A stretch of 64,000 nucleotides of DNA from an uncultured Planctomycetota bacterium (GTDB lineage: Bacteria > Planctomycetota > Planctomycetia > Isosphaerales > Isosphaeraceae), in contig CAWGMQ010000005.1 in the NCBI GenBank assembly GCA_963823665.1, forward strand, positions 672,001-736,000, given 5' to 3'. The position numbers and the translations under genes are program-made. Below, piece after piece: positions 51,871-63,458 of the stretch. The notes below the pieces were generated by a model. That model searched no databases. It worked only from the letters and a program-made list of their open reading frames with translations, and had not been told where the DNA came from. How positions within the stretch are numbered: position 1 is the stretch's first letter; each line of letters opens with the position of its first letter.

Positions 51871-54406
51871 TCAGCGTTCTTTCGAATGACCGTCGGCGAT
51901 CGCAGCGGCAACCACCTTTGCATCGCGCTGCAGTTCATGCTCGGCGGTCTTTTCGATTTTCTCGTCGCGCTTTTCGGTGCGGTGAGGGTCGCGCGAAAGC
52001 ATCTTGATCAGCAGGTGATTCGAAACGCCGCTTGGCGTGGCGACGTTGATGTCCAGGAGTGCGGTACCGTTTGCACTCGGCGTGGGGCAAGCGTCCTTTG
52101 GAATGGTCACCTCGAGTAATTGCCGGCTGACGAGCACGGCGGTGGCGACTTTACCGCCGGCGATCACGTGGGTGTCGTGAATGCTGAAGTTCTTACCCTC
52201 GAGAAAGAGCGTCGTTTCCTCGCCTTCTTCCGGGGGCCTGCCGTGCCAGCCCAGTATGGTCGGCCGGAGCTGTGAGCCGTGCGAACAGAAAATCCGCGCG
52301 TCATTCTGACTATCGGCGAACGGAACTCGGACCACCATTCGCTGGGTGGGCATCAGGCTTCTGAGCTGGTTCGAGCCGCTCGGTGGCGATCTGAAGCTCT
52401 TCGGGGCGATAGTGGCCCTCGACCTTGGCACGGTTCAAGGCTTCCACGGCGAGCTCGAGCTTTCGGCCCTGCACGGCGGCTTTTTCCAGGTCGGACTTCT
52501 GGCCGTCGCCGACCTCGCTGGTGCGGAACCAGTTGGCCACGGTGATGAATTCGATCTTGGGCACGAAGTTGGGCATCTCGACGAGCGCGGTGCATTCTCG
52601 CTGGCCGGGCTCGATGCTCTGGTCGCTGCCGGTGGGGTCGGGGACGCGCCCGCTGGCCAGGAGCGCAATGTCGGTGAAGATCCGGCCGCGCCGGCCGCCG
52701 CTGGTCTGTAGCCTGGGGTAAAAGACCCAGCCGAAGGTACTCTGGCCGGCGCCGAAGCCGACCATCGTCGGATTCAAACGAATGGCCGTTTCGTCATCGG
52801 CCGCCTGGCGCTGTGCTTCGACGCCGGTGAGTGCCCGGAGTGGTCCGCCCGTGGCAGATCCGACCAGGTCGATCGCGGAGAACTTGCGGCGGCCGAAGGC
52901 ATCGGCCACATTCTGCTGGGCGATGACCGGCTCGATCGCGTAGACGCGCAGCGGCCATTTCATGTCGACATATTTCTGAAAGGCGTGCAGTGCATCGTCT
53001 GACGGCTCGGACTCGAAGAAACTCATTCGCTTGAGCACGTCGAATACTGAGCTCGGGATACTGATCGGCCATGTCCTGCTTCAAGCGGTGATTGAGACCG
53101 GCCGCCTGGATGCGCAGGGCGAAGGAGAGGACGCTCACGACTCGTTGGCGCTGCTCGATCGACTCGTCGCCGTGCGCCGCTGTTTCCGCCTGCGGTCTGG
53201 AGGACGAGCGTGTCGCGGGCCCGGCCCGGCTGCACCTGGGCAATTCGCGGGAAAATCTCGCTTCAGAATCAAGTCACCCAGTTCTTCGAGCGGATCGATC
53301 GCGTCGGCGAGCTGGGCTGTCCTCACGGGAGTCGCCGCCTCTTCGAGGAGATGATAGCTCGACTGGAGCTCGCCTCTTAGCCACTCCGCGATGCGGGCGC
53401 TCTTGTGGTGGGGCTCATCAAGGAGCTCTCCGGCGAGCTGGCGCTCGGCATCGTGCTTGAGCAAGGCGATGTTTTCCGCTCCATGGTAAAGCTCGGTGTC
53501 CGCAAAGGAGAGCAGCGAGAATGTTCCGGCACCTCGGCCGGGGTCCTGGTCGGCGCTCGAGCCCGAGCCATTGACGATCGCCTGGGTCAGGCTGGTCACG
53601 GTCTCGTTGATCACGGCGTTTCGAAGAGCGTCGCGCAGCGTGTGCTTGGTCATGATCGACTTGGCCGAAACGGTGATGATTGCTCCCTTGCCGCGGCGAC
53701 TTCTGGGGCCGGGGGAGAGTGTCACCGGGATGCGAATGAGGTAGAGTCCATAGCCGGGGCGGTCGGTCAGGTCGTCGCCCGCATTGATGCGGCGCAACTG
53801 ATTCAAGTGGTTCAGATAATTGGAGTGCTCGTCGAGTACGACCGTGGGCTCGAGGGCGACCGGGGTCTTGTCAGGCGGGCCAGGTGCAGCGGTCAGGCCG
53901 GGATTGAGCGCGGCTGTAGAGTTGAGCAGCGATTGCAGGCTGACTGACGAAGGCGGCGTGGGCGCGGGCGCGGGCGGAGTCGAGGTTGAAGTGGAATTTG
54001 AAGTCGGGGTGGGCGGTGGGGGCGCGATCGCATTTGCCCCGAGCATCAACCGCGTGGCTTCGGACTCGGTGTGCCGCACAGAGCCATTGATTTCGCTCTT
54101 GTAGCCTTGCTTTAGCCAACCGGACATCTGTGATTCGTATTCGGAGCGGAACTTGGCCAGGCGATCCTGGCCCCAGACATCGGGTGACTTCACGCTGATC
54201 GTTCCGTAAGCCGTCATGGCGCGATCGAGCTCGTCGATCATCTGTTCGGCGTCGGGAAGGCGAATCGGCTCGTCAGGCTTCTTATCCAGGACAGTGAGCG
54301 CGGTTCGGTCGTCGGTGGTCACGCACGCCACGCCTGTCACCAGCAGCGAGGCGAGCGTCATACCGCGAAGGATCGAACCGAGTCGGATTTGTGGGCGCAG
54401 GACCAT
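51871..54406 (-). CDS. Large hypothetical lipoprotein with C-terminal IPT/TIG-like segment (several frameshifts)
   Basis: Lipobox-like GVAC; coding pieces in ORFs 53135..54406, 52794..53243, 52310..53038 and 51871..52431. Confidence 0.6.
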
Positions 54407-54646
54407 GAGATCCTTTTGAGACTTCCGTCTCCGAGAAAGGGACGGCCATTATCGCTCTTTGCCGATTGCTGTCAACGCCGCCTGGCGAGTCGTTTCCTGG
54501 GGTCGACGCAACTGGACGCTGGATCATGTATAAAGGAAATGAGAAGGTAGACCGCCAGCCGTGCGAACCCGCCCGCGCGTCGGTGTGTCCGCCCTGGGGA
54601 TGTTGTCGGGCAGGGATTGGCCGGCCGCCGGCAGAATGGTGACGAG

Positions 54647-56107
54647 ATGACTCAAAGCGCGATCGCCGAGGATGCACGCGGGGAGACCGGCACCCGGGTC
54701 GATCCGGGCGAGGTCACGAGCGGCGCTTTGCCCCTGCGGGACGGCGGGAGCCGGGAGCTGCTGGCGCTCGCTCTGCCGCTGGTCGTCAGCCAGAGCTTCA
54801 TGACGGTGCAAGTGTTCCTGGACACGATCCTGCTTTCCTGGCACGACCAGAGGGAGATGGCCGCGTCGTTCCCGGCCATCATGTGGTACTGGCTGCCGTT
54901 CGGGCTCCTGCAAGTCACTGCCGGCTATGTCTCGACTTTCGTTGCACAGTACACCGGCGCCGGACGTCCGGAACGGGTTGGCCCGGCGGTCTGGCAAGGG
55001 ATTCACTTCGCCGTCATGGCCGGGCTGCTCTTTCTGCTGATGGTTCCCGCGGCGCCGTACTTGATTGCGCTTGCCGGGCATTCCGCGGCCTTGCAAGTCC
55101 TGGAAGTCACCTATCTGCGATGCCTTTGTTTCGCGGCGCTGCCGATGATGGTGATGGCCGCGGTGAACGGGTTTTTCTCCGGCCGCGGGCAAACGTGGAC
55201 GGTGCTGGGGATCGAAGCCGCCGGGACCGGCGTTAACGTGGCGCTGGCGCTGGTGCTGGTCTTTGGCCGAGCAGGCTTCCCGGAGCTGGGTATTGCGGGG
55301 GCGGGATGGGCCACGGTCGTCGGGTCATGGACTTCGGCTCTGGTCGCGCTCGCACTTTTGCTGAAGCGCAGGTACCGCAAGGAATTCAACACACTCAAGG
55401 GCTGGCGTCTCGAAAGAGCACTGTTTGGCCGATTGCTCAAATACGGCGGCCCGGCCGGTGCGCAGGTTTTCCTCGAGGTGCTGGTGTTCCACGTGTTCTT
55501 TCAGCTCGTGGGCAGGCTCGGAGAAGCTCAAACGGCGGCCACCACGCTTACGGTACGTCTGAACATGGTGGCGTTTCTGCCCATGATGGGATTGGGGCAG
55601 GCGGTGTCGATCCTTGTCGGTCAACGGCTCGGCGGCGACCGGCCGGACCTGGCCGAACGGTCAGCATACACGGGCCTCAAGTGGGTTTTTGGTTATATGT
55701 GCACCGTCGCGGCGATCTACATTCTGTTTCCGCAAGCGCTGGTTTCGACGTTTCGCGGGAGCAATGACCTCGAGCGGTTCGCCGAGATGGCGGCGATCGT
55801 GCCCAGATTGTTGTTGTGCGTGGCCGTATACTCGGTGGTGGATTCGATCAACGTCACGTTTTCCTTTGCTTTGCGGGGCGCGGGCGACACGCGGTTCGTG
55901 TCGATGCTCACGTTCGTGCTGGCGTGGCCGATCATGGTGGTGCCGACGTATGTCCTCGTCCAGCGCGGCGGCAGCATCTACTGGGCGTGGGGGTTTGTGA
56001 CTGCTTATATCTTCGCGATGTCCGTCTGTTTCTATTTACGGTTCCGGTCAGGACGGTGGAAGACGATGCGCGTCATCGAGACGGCGCCGGCATTGCTCGC
56101 CGGCTAG
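54647..56107 (+). CDS. MATE-family efflux transporter
   Basis: LALALPLVVSQ, LGIAGAGWAT, LRGAGDT; about 12 TM helices. Confidence 0.92.
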   Translation: MTQSAIAEDARGETGTRVDPGEVTSGALPLRDGGSRELLALALPLVVSQSFMTVQVFLDTILLSWHDQREMAASFPAIMWYWLPFGLLQVTAGYVSTFVAQYTGAGRPERVGPAVWQGIHFAVMAGLLFLLMVPAAPYLIALAGHSAALQVLEVTYLRCLCFAALPMMVMAAVNGFFSGRGQTWTVLGIEAAGTGVNVALALVLVFGRAGFPELGIAGAGWATVVGSWTSALVALALLLKRRYRKEFNTLKGWRLERALFGRLLKYGGPAGAQVFLEVLVFHVFFQLVGRLGEAQTAATTLTVRLNMVAFLPMMGLGQAVSILVGQRLGGDRPDLAERSAYTGLKWVFGYMCTVAAIYILFPQALVSTFRGSNDLERFAEMAAIVPRLLLCVAVYSVVDSINVTFSFALRGAGDTRFVSMLTFVLAWPIMVVPTYVLVQRGGSIYWAWGFVTAYIFAMSVCFYLRFRSGRWKTMRVIETAPALLAG

Positions 56108-56229
56108 TCGGCTTATGTCAAGCGGGCCGGACGGTTCTGGATAAGAACGTGCCGGTCGCCGACAATGGTCATCGCGGCAGAGGCTGCTCGTGTTGCGCAG
56201 GTATGCCTCGCGCGGGGAGACTTGGTGAG

Positions 56230-57042
<813 letters not shown>

Positions 57043-57090
57043 CGAGAGAGACGCCCGCCCTCAATCACACCCTAGCAAACGGATCGCCAG

Positions 57091-58581
57091 ATGAAGCTCA
57101 TTCGCACCGTGCTTACCTGCTTCGGCCTGATCTTGATCGGCGTTACCGGTGCGCTTTCGCAGGATGCGGCGAACAAGCCGGCCAAAGTCGAAGCGGGGGT
57201 CGCGACTGGTCCATTCCTCGTCAAGCCTTACCTGCAGATTGGCCACGCACCGGCGGCGCGGCAGGTCGTGCTCGTCTGGCAGACAAACGACACAAACAAC
57301 GCCTGGACTGTCGAATATCGGCCCGGGGCCGGTAGCCGATGGCGGCCAGCACCCACACCGTCGTCCACCCGTGTGGCGGTTCCGGGCATTGAGCCGCACC
57401 GGATTTATCAGGCGGCTCTGTCCGGTTTGGAGCCGGGCCAGGTCTTCGCCTACCGCGTGAGCGATGGTGGAAAAGCCGTCTTCGAGTCCGAGGCCCGCGC
57501 GCCGAAATCGGCCGATCAGTCGTACCGGTTTGTGGTCTTCGGCGATTGCGGCGCCGATACGCCCGAAGAGCGGGCGATCGCGTTTCGCACCTTCCGCGCC
57601 AAGCCTGATTTCGTGATGATCACCGGCGACATCGTCTATGGACGTGGGCTGGTTTCCGAGTACCGCACCAAGTACTGGCCGATCTACAACGCGGAGGAAG
57701 CCACGCCTGAAAAGGGCGCGCCCTTGCTGCGTTCGACGCTGTTTCTGGCTGCGCCCGGCAACCACGACATTGCTTCCCGCGACCTGGGCAGAAACCCGGA
57801 CGGCCTCGCGTACTTTTACTACTGGCTCCAGCCGCTCAATGGCCCGATTGGCAAGGTGGGAGGCCCGATCACCGCGGCATTGCGCGGAAGCGAGACCCAC
57901 ATCAAAGCGTTCACTGACGCCGCCGGGAAGGCGTTCCCGCGAATGGCCAATTTCTCATTCGAGTACGGTAACGGTCACTGGACGGTTCTGGACGCGAATG
58001 CCACGGTTGACTGGACGAATCACGAGTTACAGGATTGGGTCACCGCCGATCTGGCAGCGGCCAAAGGCGCGACCTGGCGCTTCGTCAGCTTCCACCAGCC
58101 CGGCTTCAATTCATCGAAATCTCACTTCGACGAACAGTACATGCGAGTTCTCGCTCCTGTTTTCGAGGCAGGTCATGTCGACATCGTGTTCAACGGACAC
58201 GTCCACAACTACCAGCGATCGTACCCGCTCCGATTCGTGCCGGACTCAATGAATCAAGCCGCTCCGCCCATGCCGACGGCAAAGGCCGATGGCAGATCGA
58301 CGAAACGGCACGTCGACGGGAAGTTCACGCTCGACAAGAAATTCGACGGAAACATCGACACCACTCCGGACGGAGTGATCTACCTGGTCACCGGCGCAGG
58401 GGGCCAGCGCCTTTACAACCCCGAGCAACAGGACGACCCCGCATCGTGGCAAGCCTTCACGTACAAGCACATCTCCAAGGTACACTCACTCACCGTCGTC
58501 GACGTGGAAGGCCGGACGCTCACCGTGCGCCAGGTCACGGCCGAGGGTGATGAGGTTGACCGCTTCATGATCAAGAAATGA
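57091..58581 (+). CDS. Purple-acid-phosphatase-like metallophosphoesterase
   Basis: FGD, TGDIVY, PGNHD, GHVHNY; FN3-like N-terminal domain. Confidence 0.9.
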   Translation: MKLIRTVLTCFGLILIGVTGALSQDAANKPAKVEAGVATGPFLVKPYLQIGHAPAARQVVLVWQTNDTNNAWTVEYRPGAGSRWRPAPTPSSTRVAVPGIEPHRIYQAALSGLEPGQVFAYRVSDGGKAVFESEARAPKSADQSYRFVVFGDCGADTPEERAIAFRTFRAKPDFVMITGDIVYGRGLVSEYRTKYWPIYNAEEATPEKGAPLLRSTLFLAAPGNHDIASRDLGRNPDGLAYFYYWLQPLNGPIGKVGGPITAALRGSETHIKAFTDAAGKAFPRMANFSFEYGNGHWTVLDANATVDWTNHELQDWVTADLAAAKGATWRFVSFHQPGFNSSKSHFDEQYMRVLAPVFEAGHVDIVFNGHVHNYQRSYPLRFVPDSMNQAAPPMPTAKADGRSTKRHVDGKFTLDKKFDGNIDTTPDGVIYLVTGAGGQRLYNPEQQDDPASWQAFTYKHISKVHSLTVVDVEGRTLTVRQVTAEGDEVDRFMIKK

Positions 58582-58582
58582 A

Positions 58583-59326
58583 TCATTTCGGCTCGGCGAA
58601 CGTGTCGGGCTCGACTTTTTCCAGGGCCTTGAACTCGGTGATTTCCATTTCCGTGGTCAACTCGCCGTCGCGTTTGACGTCGTTCCTGGTCGCCTTCTTG
58701 ATTCCCCCCATGTCTTTATAGTCGAGGAAGGTCGATTCCACGGTGAATTCCTGTCCGCTGGGGCTGGTCATCCTTGCGACCTCCTTGACGGGGAGGCCGC
58801 TTTCCTTGTCGAACGAGAGCGTGAAGTCCTTGCCGTCGGGCGCAGTGACCTTGAGGATAACGGCCGGTTTATCGCCGATCTTCTCCTCGCCGGCTGCCTC
58901 GACCTTGAAGCCTTTTTCCTTGAGAGGCACAAGTGTGATCGGAATGATTTGCAAGTAGGCACTGCGTTTTTCGTTGGCGAGAGCATCGGCTTCGAGCTTG
59001 GCGATGCCGTTCCTGCCCTTCCGCCAGCCGTTGTCACCGTCAATGACGACGAGGCCGGTGAACTGAGGCAAGGAGAATTCGCGCCGAAAGTGGTCGAGAC
59101 CGCTCGCCGTCACCTGGCCCTCGATGTCGCGCTCCTCGGCACCAAAGTGCAGTTTGCCCTTGGTTTTCCAGGAGTGCATGCTGGCTTTCTTCAGCTTCTC
59201 TTCGCCGCCCAAAGCCTTGATGGCTTTGTCGAGGATGGTTTTCGCATCCTGGTCGTCGGCGCGGGCTGGGGTGACTGCTAGGACCATCAGGGCCGTCACG
59301 AGAACAATTGCTGAATAGCGATTCAT
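58583..59326 (-). CDS. Secreted planctomycete protein (LolA/DUF620-like beta-rich), paralog B
   Basis: Signal peptide ARA-DD; ILDKAIKALGG; FDKESGLPVK; ends FAEPK. Confidence 0.75.
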   Translation of the reverse strand: MNRYSAIVLVTALMVLAVTPARADDQDAKTILDKAIKALGGEEKLKKASMHSWKTKGKLHFGAEERDIEGQVTASGLDHFRREFSLPQFTGLVVIDGDNGWRKGRNGIAKLEADALANEKRSAYLQIIPITLVPLKEKGFKVEAAGEEKIGDKPAVILKVTAPDGKDFTLSFDKESGLPVKEVARMTSPSGQEFTVESTFLDYKDMGGIKKATRNDVKRDGELTTEMEITEFKALEKVEPDTFAEPK

Positions 59327-59495
59327 AGGATCACCTCTGTTTATACACAAACGATGAAACACCTGGCACGAAAAGCAAGGGCGTGCCGACGATCGGCTGG
59401 CCCGACGAACGGTTCCCGATGGCGAGCCCGACATGCATTGAATCGTTCCGCACGAAAGAATAGCGCTTTGGCTCGACCACCCGATTCAAGGGAAT

Positions 59496-60272
59496 TCATT
59501 TCGGCTCGGCGAAGGTCTCGGGGTCCACCTTATCCAGGACCTTGAACTCGGTGATCTCCATAACCAAAGACGGCTCGCCGTTGGTTTTCACCTCGATCCT
59601 GGTCGCCTTCCTGATCCCGCCCATGTCCTTGTAGTCGAGGAAGGTCGATTCAACGGAGTTTTCCCGTCCGGCGGGGCTGGTCATCGTGGCGACCTCCTTG
59701 ACGGGGAGGCCGCTTTCCTTGTCGAAAAAGAGTGTTGTGAAATCCTTGCCGTCGGGCGCCGTAACTTTGAGAATCACGGCCGGTTTATCGCCCACCTTTT
59801 CCTCGCCGGCGGCTTCCAGCTTGAAGCCCTTTTCCTTCAGTGGCATCAGGGTGATCGGGATGACTTGCCGGTAGAATGCTTGCTTCTCGCGGGCCAGCGC
59901 GGCCGCGTCGAGCTCGGTCAATCCGTAACTGCCCGTTCGCTTCGTGCCCGTTCGCCAGCCTTTGTCGCCGGCGATGACCAAGATGAGGCTGAGCTGGGGC
60001 AAATTGGACTCGCGGCGATTGAACTCGCGGCGAAAGTGATCGAGGCCGTTTGCCGTCACCTGGCACTCCTGTTCGGGCTGCTCGGCGCCGGCGTGCCGTT
60101 TAGCTTTGTATTTCCACGAATGCACGCCGGCTTTCGTGAGCTTCTCCTCGCCGCCCATGGCCTTGATGGCCTTGTCGAGGATGGCCTTCGCGTCCTGGTC
60201 GTCGGCTCTGGCTGGATTGGTTGCTGCGAAGAGAACGGCCGTCGCGAGCAGGGTACCCAGGTATCGGTTCAT
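59496..60272 (-). CDS. Secreted planctomycete protein, paralog A
   Basis: Collinear and highly similar to 58583..59326. Confidence 0.75.
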   Translation of the reverse strand: MNRYLGTLLATAVLFAATNPARADDQDAKAILDKAIKAMGGEEKLTKAGVHSWKYKAKRHAGAEQPEQECQVTANGLDHFRREFNRRESNLPQLSLILVIAGDKGWRTGTKRTGSYGLTELDAAALAREKQAFYRQVIPITLMPLKEKGFKLEAAGEEKVGDKPAVILKVTAPDGKDFTTLFFDKESGLPVKEVATMTSPAGRENSVESTFLDYKDMGGIRKATRIEVKTNGEPSLVMEITEFKVLDKVDPETFAEPK

Positions 60273-60404
60273 GAAATCACCTCAAGATCGTGGCACGGTT
60301 TGTAATGGCGAACCTTACGTGTGGCCCGGCTCTGCTTGCGGATGATCTACCGAGCACCATGATGTCGGGTTCCGGGCGCGAATGCCAGGGGGGCTTCGAT
60401 CCGC

Positions 60405-62255
60405 TCACGCCGCCTTGGCCGTCACGGTCTCCAGGATTTTCGTTTCGCGCGATTGGAGCAAGTTTCCGAGCCCATCGGAGCCGAAGTAGTAAATGACGAC
60501 CACGAGCGCGCATTCGAGCAAGGTGAGCAACAGGCAAATCGGCAGGCCTGAACCGATACCGGCGAAGCGCATGACCATCTCGGTGCCCAGCGGAATGAGC
60601 AAGAACCCTTGCGTGAGCGGAAAGACAATCATGAACGTGACCAGATGCAAGAGAACCGTGGTGAACTTCGGGTTCGACGGTTTGAGCGAGCCCGCGGCGA
60701 CGTACACCGGCGCGTAAATCGACAGCAAGTTCATCAGCAAGCAAAAGACAAGGAACATTGAAATCGATTGTGGGATCATTGCCAGGACGTGATCCCAGCT
60801 CATGGGAGAAAGCGATTGAAGGGCGATCAGGATGATCAGGGCCATTCCGAGGATCAGGGGGGCGAATGACAGGTTCTTGCCGATCAAGATGTCGCGTCGG
60901 CGCGCTGAAGACAGCACGAAGACGCGAAAGCCGTCGCGGTCGAAACCGAATTGATTGGACATCAACTGCACGACGCCCAAGAGCACGAAGCCCATGCCGC
61001 CGATGGCCACGAGCGGTCGAAACGGCTCGGCGATCCCGTTGCGTGTGCGCCAGAGCATACTGCCGAAGATGACGCACATGATGATGGGGGAAAGCAGCAT
61101 CATCTTGGCTTCGGGTGCGCGCAAGAGCGAGCGGAAACCCGCGAGTGCGACGGCCGCGACGGGCTCTGACAATCCGGGAAGACGCGCTTCGAGCAGGCCC
61201 GTCCGTGGCTTACTCCCTGGAGTCACTGCTGCTGCTTTTTTGGCCGGCGCCGGGCGGCCTTTGCGGCTCGTGGCGATGCCCTGGTACATTCCAATCGTCG
61301 TGCGATAAGCCCGGAACAAGCTGACTGATCCGATCACGGTCATGCCCAGGAGCCCGAGGAGCGACGGCAGGGCGCTGCCTTCGGCCGCGGTCATGACACC
61401 CAGCGGCAGCCAGCCAGGGGGCAGTACCATATTCACGAACCGTGCGGTGCGCTCGATCTGTTCGAGGCTTTCGCGGTTTGCCTGCTGGCCGACGCGTCGT
61501 TGGCGGTCGAAGATTTCCTGCTGGCGGCGCGCGAGCTCGTTTGCGTCGATTCGCCCTGCCTGCGCGTCGAGATTCAACTGTTGCATTTCCTGGGCGATGT
61601 CCGGGCCCTGGTGGCCGCGCCGCTGCATCCCCCAGGGCGCCAGAAAGTTCAGGAAGTTGGGCACCTGCACGATCAAGACGAAGGTCAGCGTCGCGATCAT
61701 GATCACCGTTCGCCGGCGGCGGGGGTTGCTCATGAGCGAGGCCAGCCAGCCCTGAAACTGATAGGTCAGGGCCGTCACCATCAGCAGGAAAGCGGCCAGC
61801 ATCGGGAGGACGAGCAACATCGAGAAGCCCTTCACGATGAGGAGGGCCAGCGCATAGGCGAGCATCACGGGCACGAACATGATCAAGCTGAGGCGCAACA
61901 GCGAGCTCACGTAGTTGATCAAGAACGCGCCGTTGGGTGATACCGGTAGATGCATGAACTTGGAGAGTGAGAGCGGGTCTGTCCGCTGCAGCTCGGTGAT
62001 GAGGCCGATCATCCAGAAGAACAGGAAGGCAACCACGATTGCATCCCAGGCATACATCAGGTGCGCGGGCTGCGCCTTGGGGATCGCATAGAGGCCCAGC
62101 GCGAAGGAGCCGATGAAAACGGGGATCGTCGCGAGCAGCGCTCCGACGAACACGATCGTCGTGAGCACGGCATTCAAGGCGCCGGCCTTGCGGTTCTGGT
62201 TGTAGAGCAGGCGCCACCGCAGCCAGATGAATGCCTTCAAGTGTTCCCAGTTCAC
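60405..62255 (-). CDS. ABC exporter permease
   Basis: About 12 TM helices; NQFGFDRDG..RRDILIGKN; GTGA overlap with the ATPase gene. Confidence 0.8.
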   Translation of the reverse strand: MNWEHLKAFIWLRWRLLYNQNRKAGALNAVLTTIVFVGALLATIPVFIGSFALGLYAIPKAQPAHLMYAWDAIVVAFLFFWMIGLITELQRTDPLSLSKFMHLPVSPNGAFLINYVSSLLRLSLIMFVPVMLAYALALLIVKGFSMLLVLPMLAAFLLMVTALTYQFQGWLASLMSNPRRRRTVIMIATLTFVLIVQVPNFLNFLAPWGMQRRGHQGPDIAQEMQQLNLDAQAGRIDANELARRQQEIFDRQRRVGQQANRESLEQIERTARFVNMVLPPGWLPLGVMTAAEGSALPSLLGLLGMTVIGSVSLFRAYRTTIGMYQGIATSRKGRPAPAKKAAAVTPGSKPRTGLLEARLPGLSEPVAAVALAGFRSLLRAPEAKMMLLSPIIMCVIFGSMLWRTRNGIAEPFRPLVAIGGMGFVLLGVVQLMSNQFGFDRDGFRVFVLSSARRRDILIGKNLSFAPLILGMALIILIALQSLSPMSWDHVLAMIPQSISMFLVFCLLMNLLSIYAPVYVAAGSLKPSNPKFTTVLLHLVTFMIVFPLTQGFLLIPLGTEMVMRFAGIGSGLPICLLLTLLECALVVVIYYFGSDGLGNLLQSRETKILETVTAKAA

Positions 62256-63022
62256 GACGCGGCCTCCTCGAGCCAGTTGAGCTTGCGGGCCGCGTCGGGG
62301 TCGGCACCCGCTTTCTCGAAGAACGAATCTTCGAGTGAGCCACCGCCGCGGATGGTTTCCAGCGAGGCCTGTTCGACCAACTGCCCCTTGACGATGATCC
62401 CGACGTGCGTGCACAACCGCTCGACGATTTCGAGGACGTGCGACGTGAGAAAGACGGTCGACCCGCGGTGGACAAACCCTGCGAGCAGGTCGCGAATCAC
62501 CCGCGAGGTGACGGCGTCGACTCCCTCGAACGGTTCGTCGAGGAAGAGTAGGTCGGGGTTGGGCAAGAGCGCAGCGGCCAGGGCCAGCTTCTTTTTCATG
62601 CCGTGTGAAAATTCGAGCGTGAGCTTCTTCTCGTCATCTTCAAGGTCGAGGAGCGAGAGCAGCTCATCGATACGGGTGCGGATTGTTTCGCGAGGCATCA
62701 GATGGATGCGGCCGACGAACGTGAGGTACTCGCGCGCGGTCAGGTTGTCGAAGAGGGCGAGGTCTTCGGGAATCACGCCCATCTTGCGCTTGGCCTCGAG
62801 CGACTCGCGGGGATCGAGCATGTTGCGGCCCAGGACGCGCATCTCCCCGCCGGAAGGCGCCAGGAGGCCGGTGAGCATCTTCATCGTCGTCGACTTACCT
62901 GCGCCGTTGGGCCCAAGGAACCCGTAGAACGTTCCGCGCTCGACGGCGAGCGCGACATCCTTCACGGCGCAGAAGTTGTCGAAGAACCGCGTCAAGTGGT
63001 GGGTTTCGATTGCCAGGGTCAT
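62252..63022 (-). CDS. ABC transporter ATP-binding protein
   Basis: GPNGAGKST, FSHGMKKK, LFLDEP, TSH. Confidence 0.95.
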   Translation of the reverse strand: MTLAIETHHLTRFFDNFCAVKDVALAVERGTFYGFLGPNGAGKSTTMKMLTGLLAPSGGEMRVLGRNMLDPRESLEAKRKMGVIPEDLALFDNLTAREYLTFVGRIHLMPRETIRTRIDELLSLLDLEDDEKKLTLEFSHGMKKKLALAAALLPNPDLLFLDEPFEGVDAVTSRVIRDLLAGFVHRGSTVFLTSHVLEIVERLCTHVGIIVKGQLVEQASLETIRGGGSLEDSFFEKAGADPDAARKLNWLEEAAS

Positions 63023-63458
63023 GAGAATCATCTCGGAAGTAGGAGCACACGGCACACGGAGTGTGCCTGCTACAGAAGAGTGCCATCGGGAATGATGGCC
63101 CGTGCGATCAAGATAAAGAGATCATGGGCCGTCCTTCTTCGCCGCGGCTTCGCGCTTCAACTGAAACGAGTTCAGGAACGCCCGTTGGCTGCCACCCGAG
63201 AAGGGCTCGCTCGTCGGCCTGCTGGAGGAACGACAACAAGATACCAGCGAGAATATGTCGCATCGAGTTGATGGCCTGTGAGTCGCACGGCGGCGCTCGG
63301 GACTGATGTTCGAGAAATACGCCCGTATACAATAGAGTTTCTCTGTCCGCACTCGCGAGCACCAGGGATTCTATCATGAGCGGCCAAGGCAACGAAAGCA
63401 GCGCGAGTCGAAGCCGTTGTGACCGAGAACGCTGCACACTCACCAGGGAAAGGATGTC

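Noticed and set aside
54420..54646. Riboswitch upstream of the MATE gene
   Set aside because: GC-rich pairing is possible but I recognise no aptamer consensus
63060..63450. Small genes in the spacer between the ABC ATPase and the HTH gene
   Set aside because: Several short overlapping ORFs, none with motifs or clear codon bias
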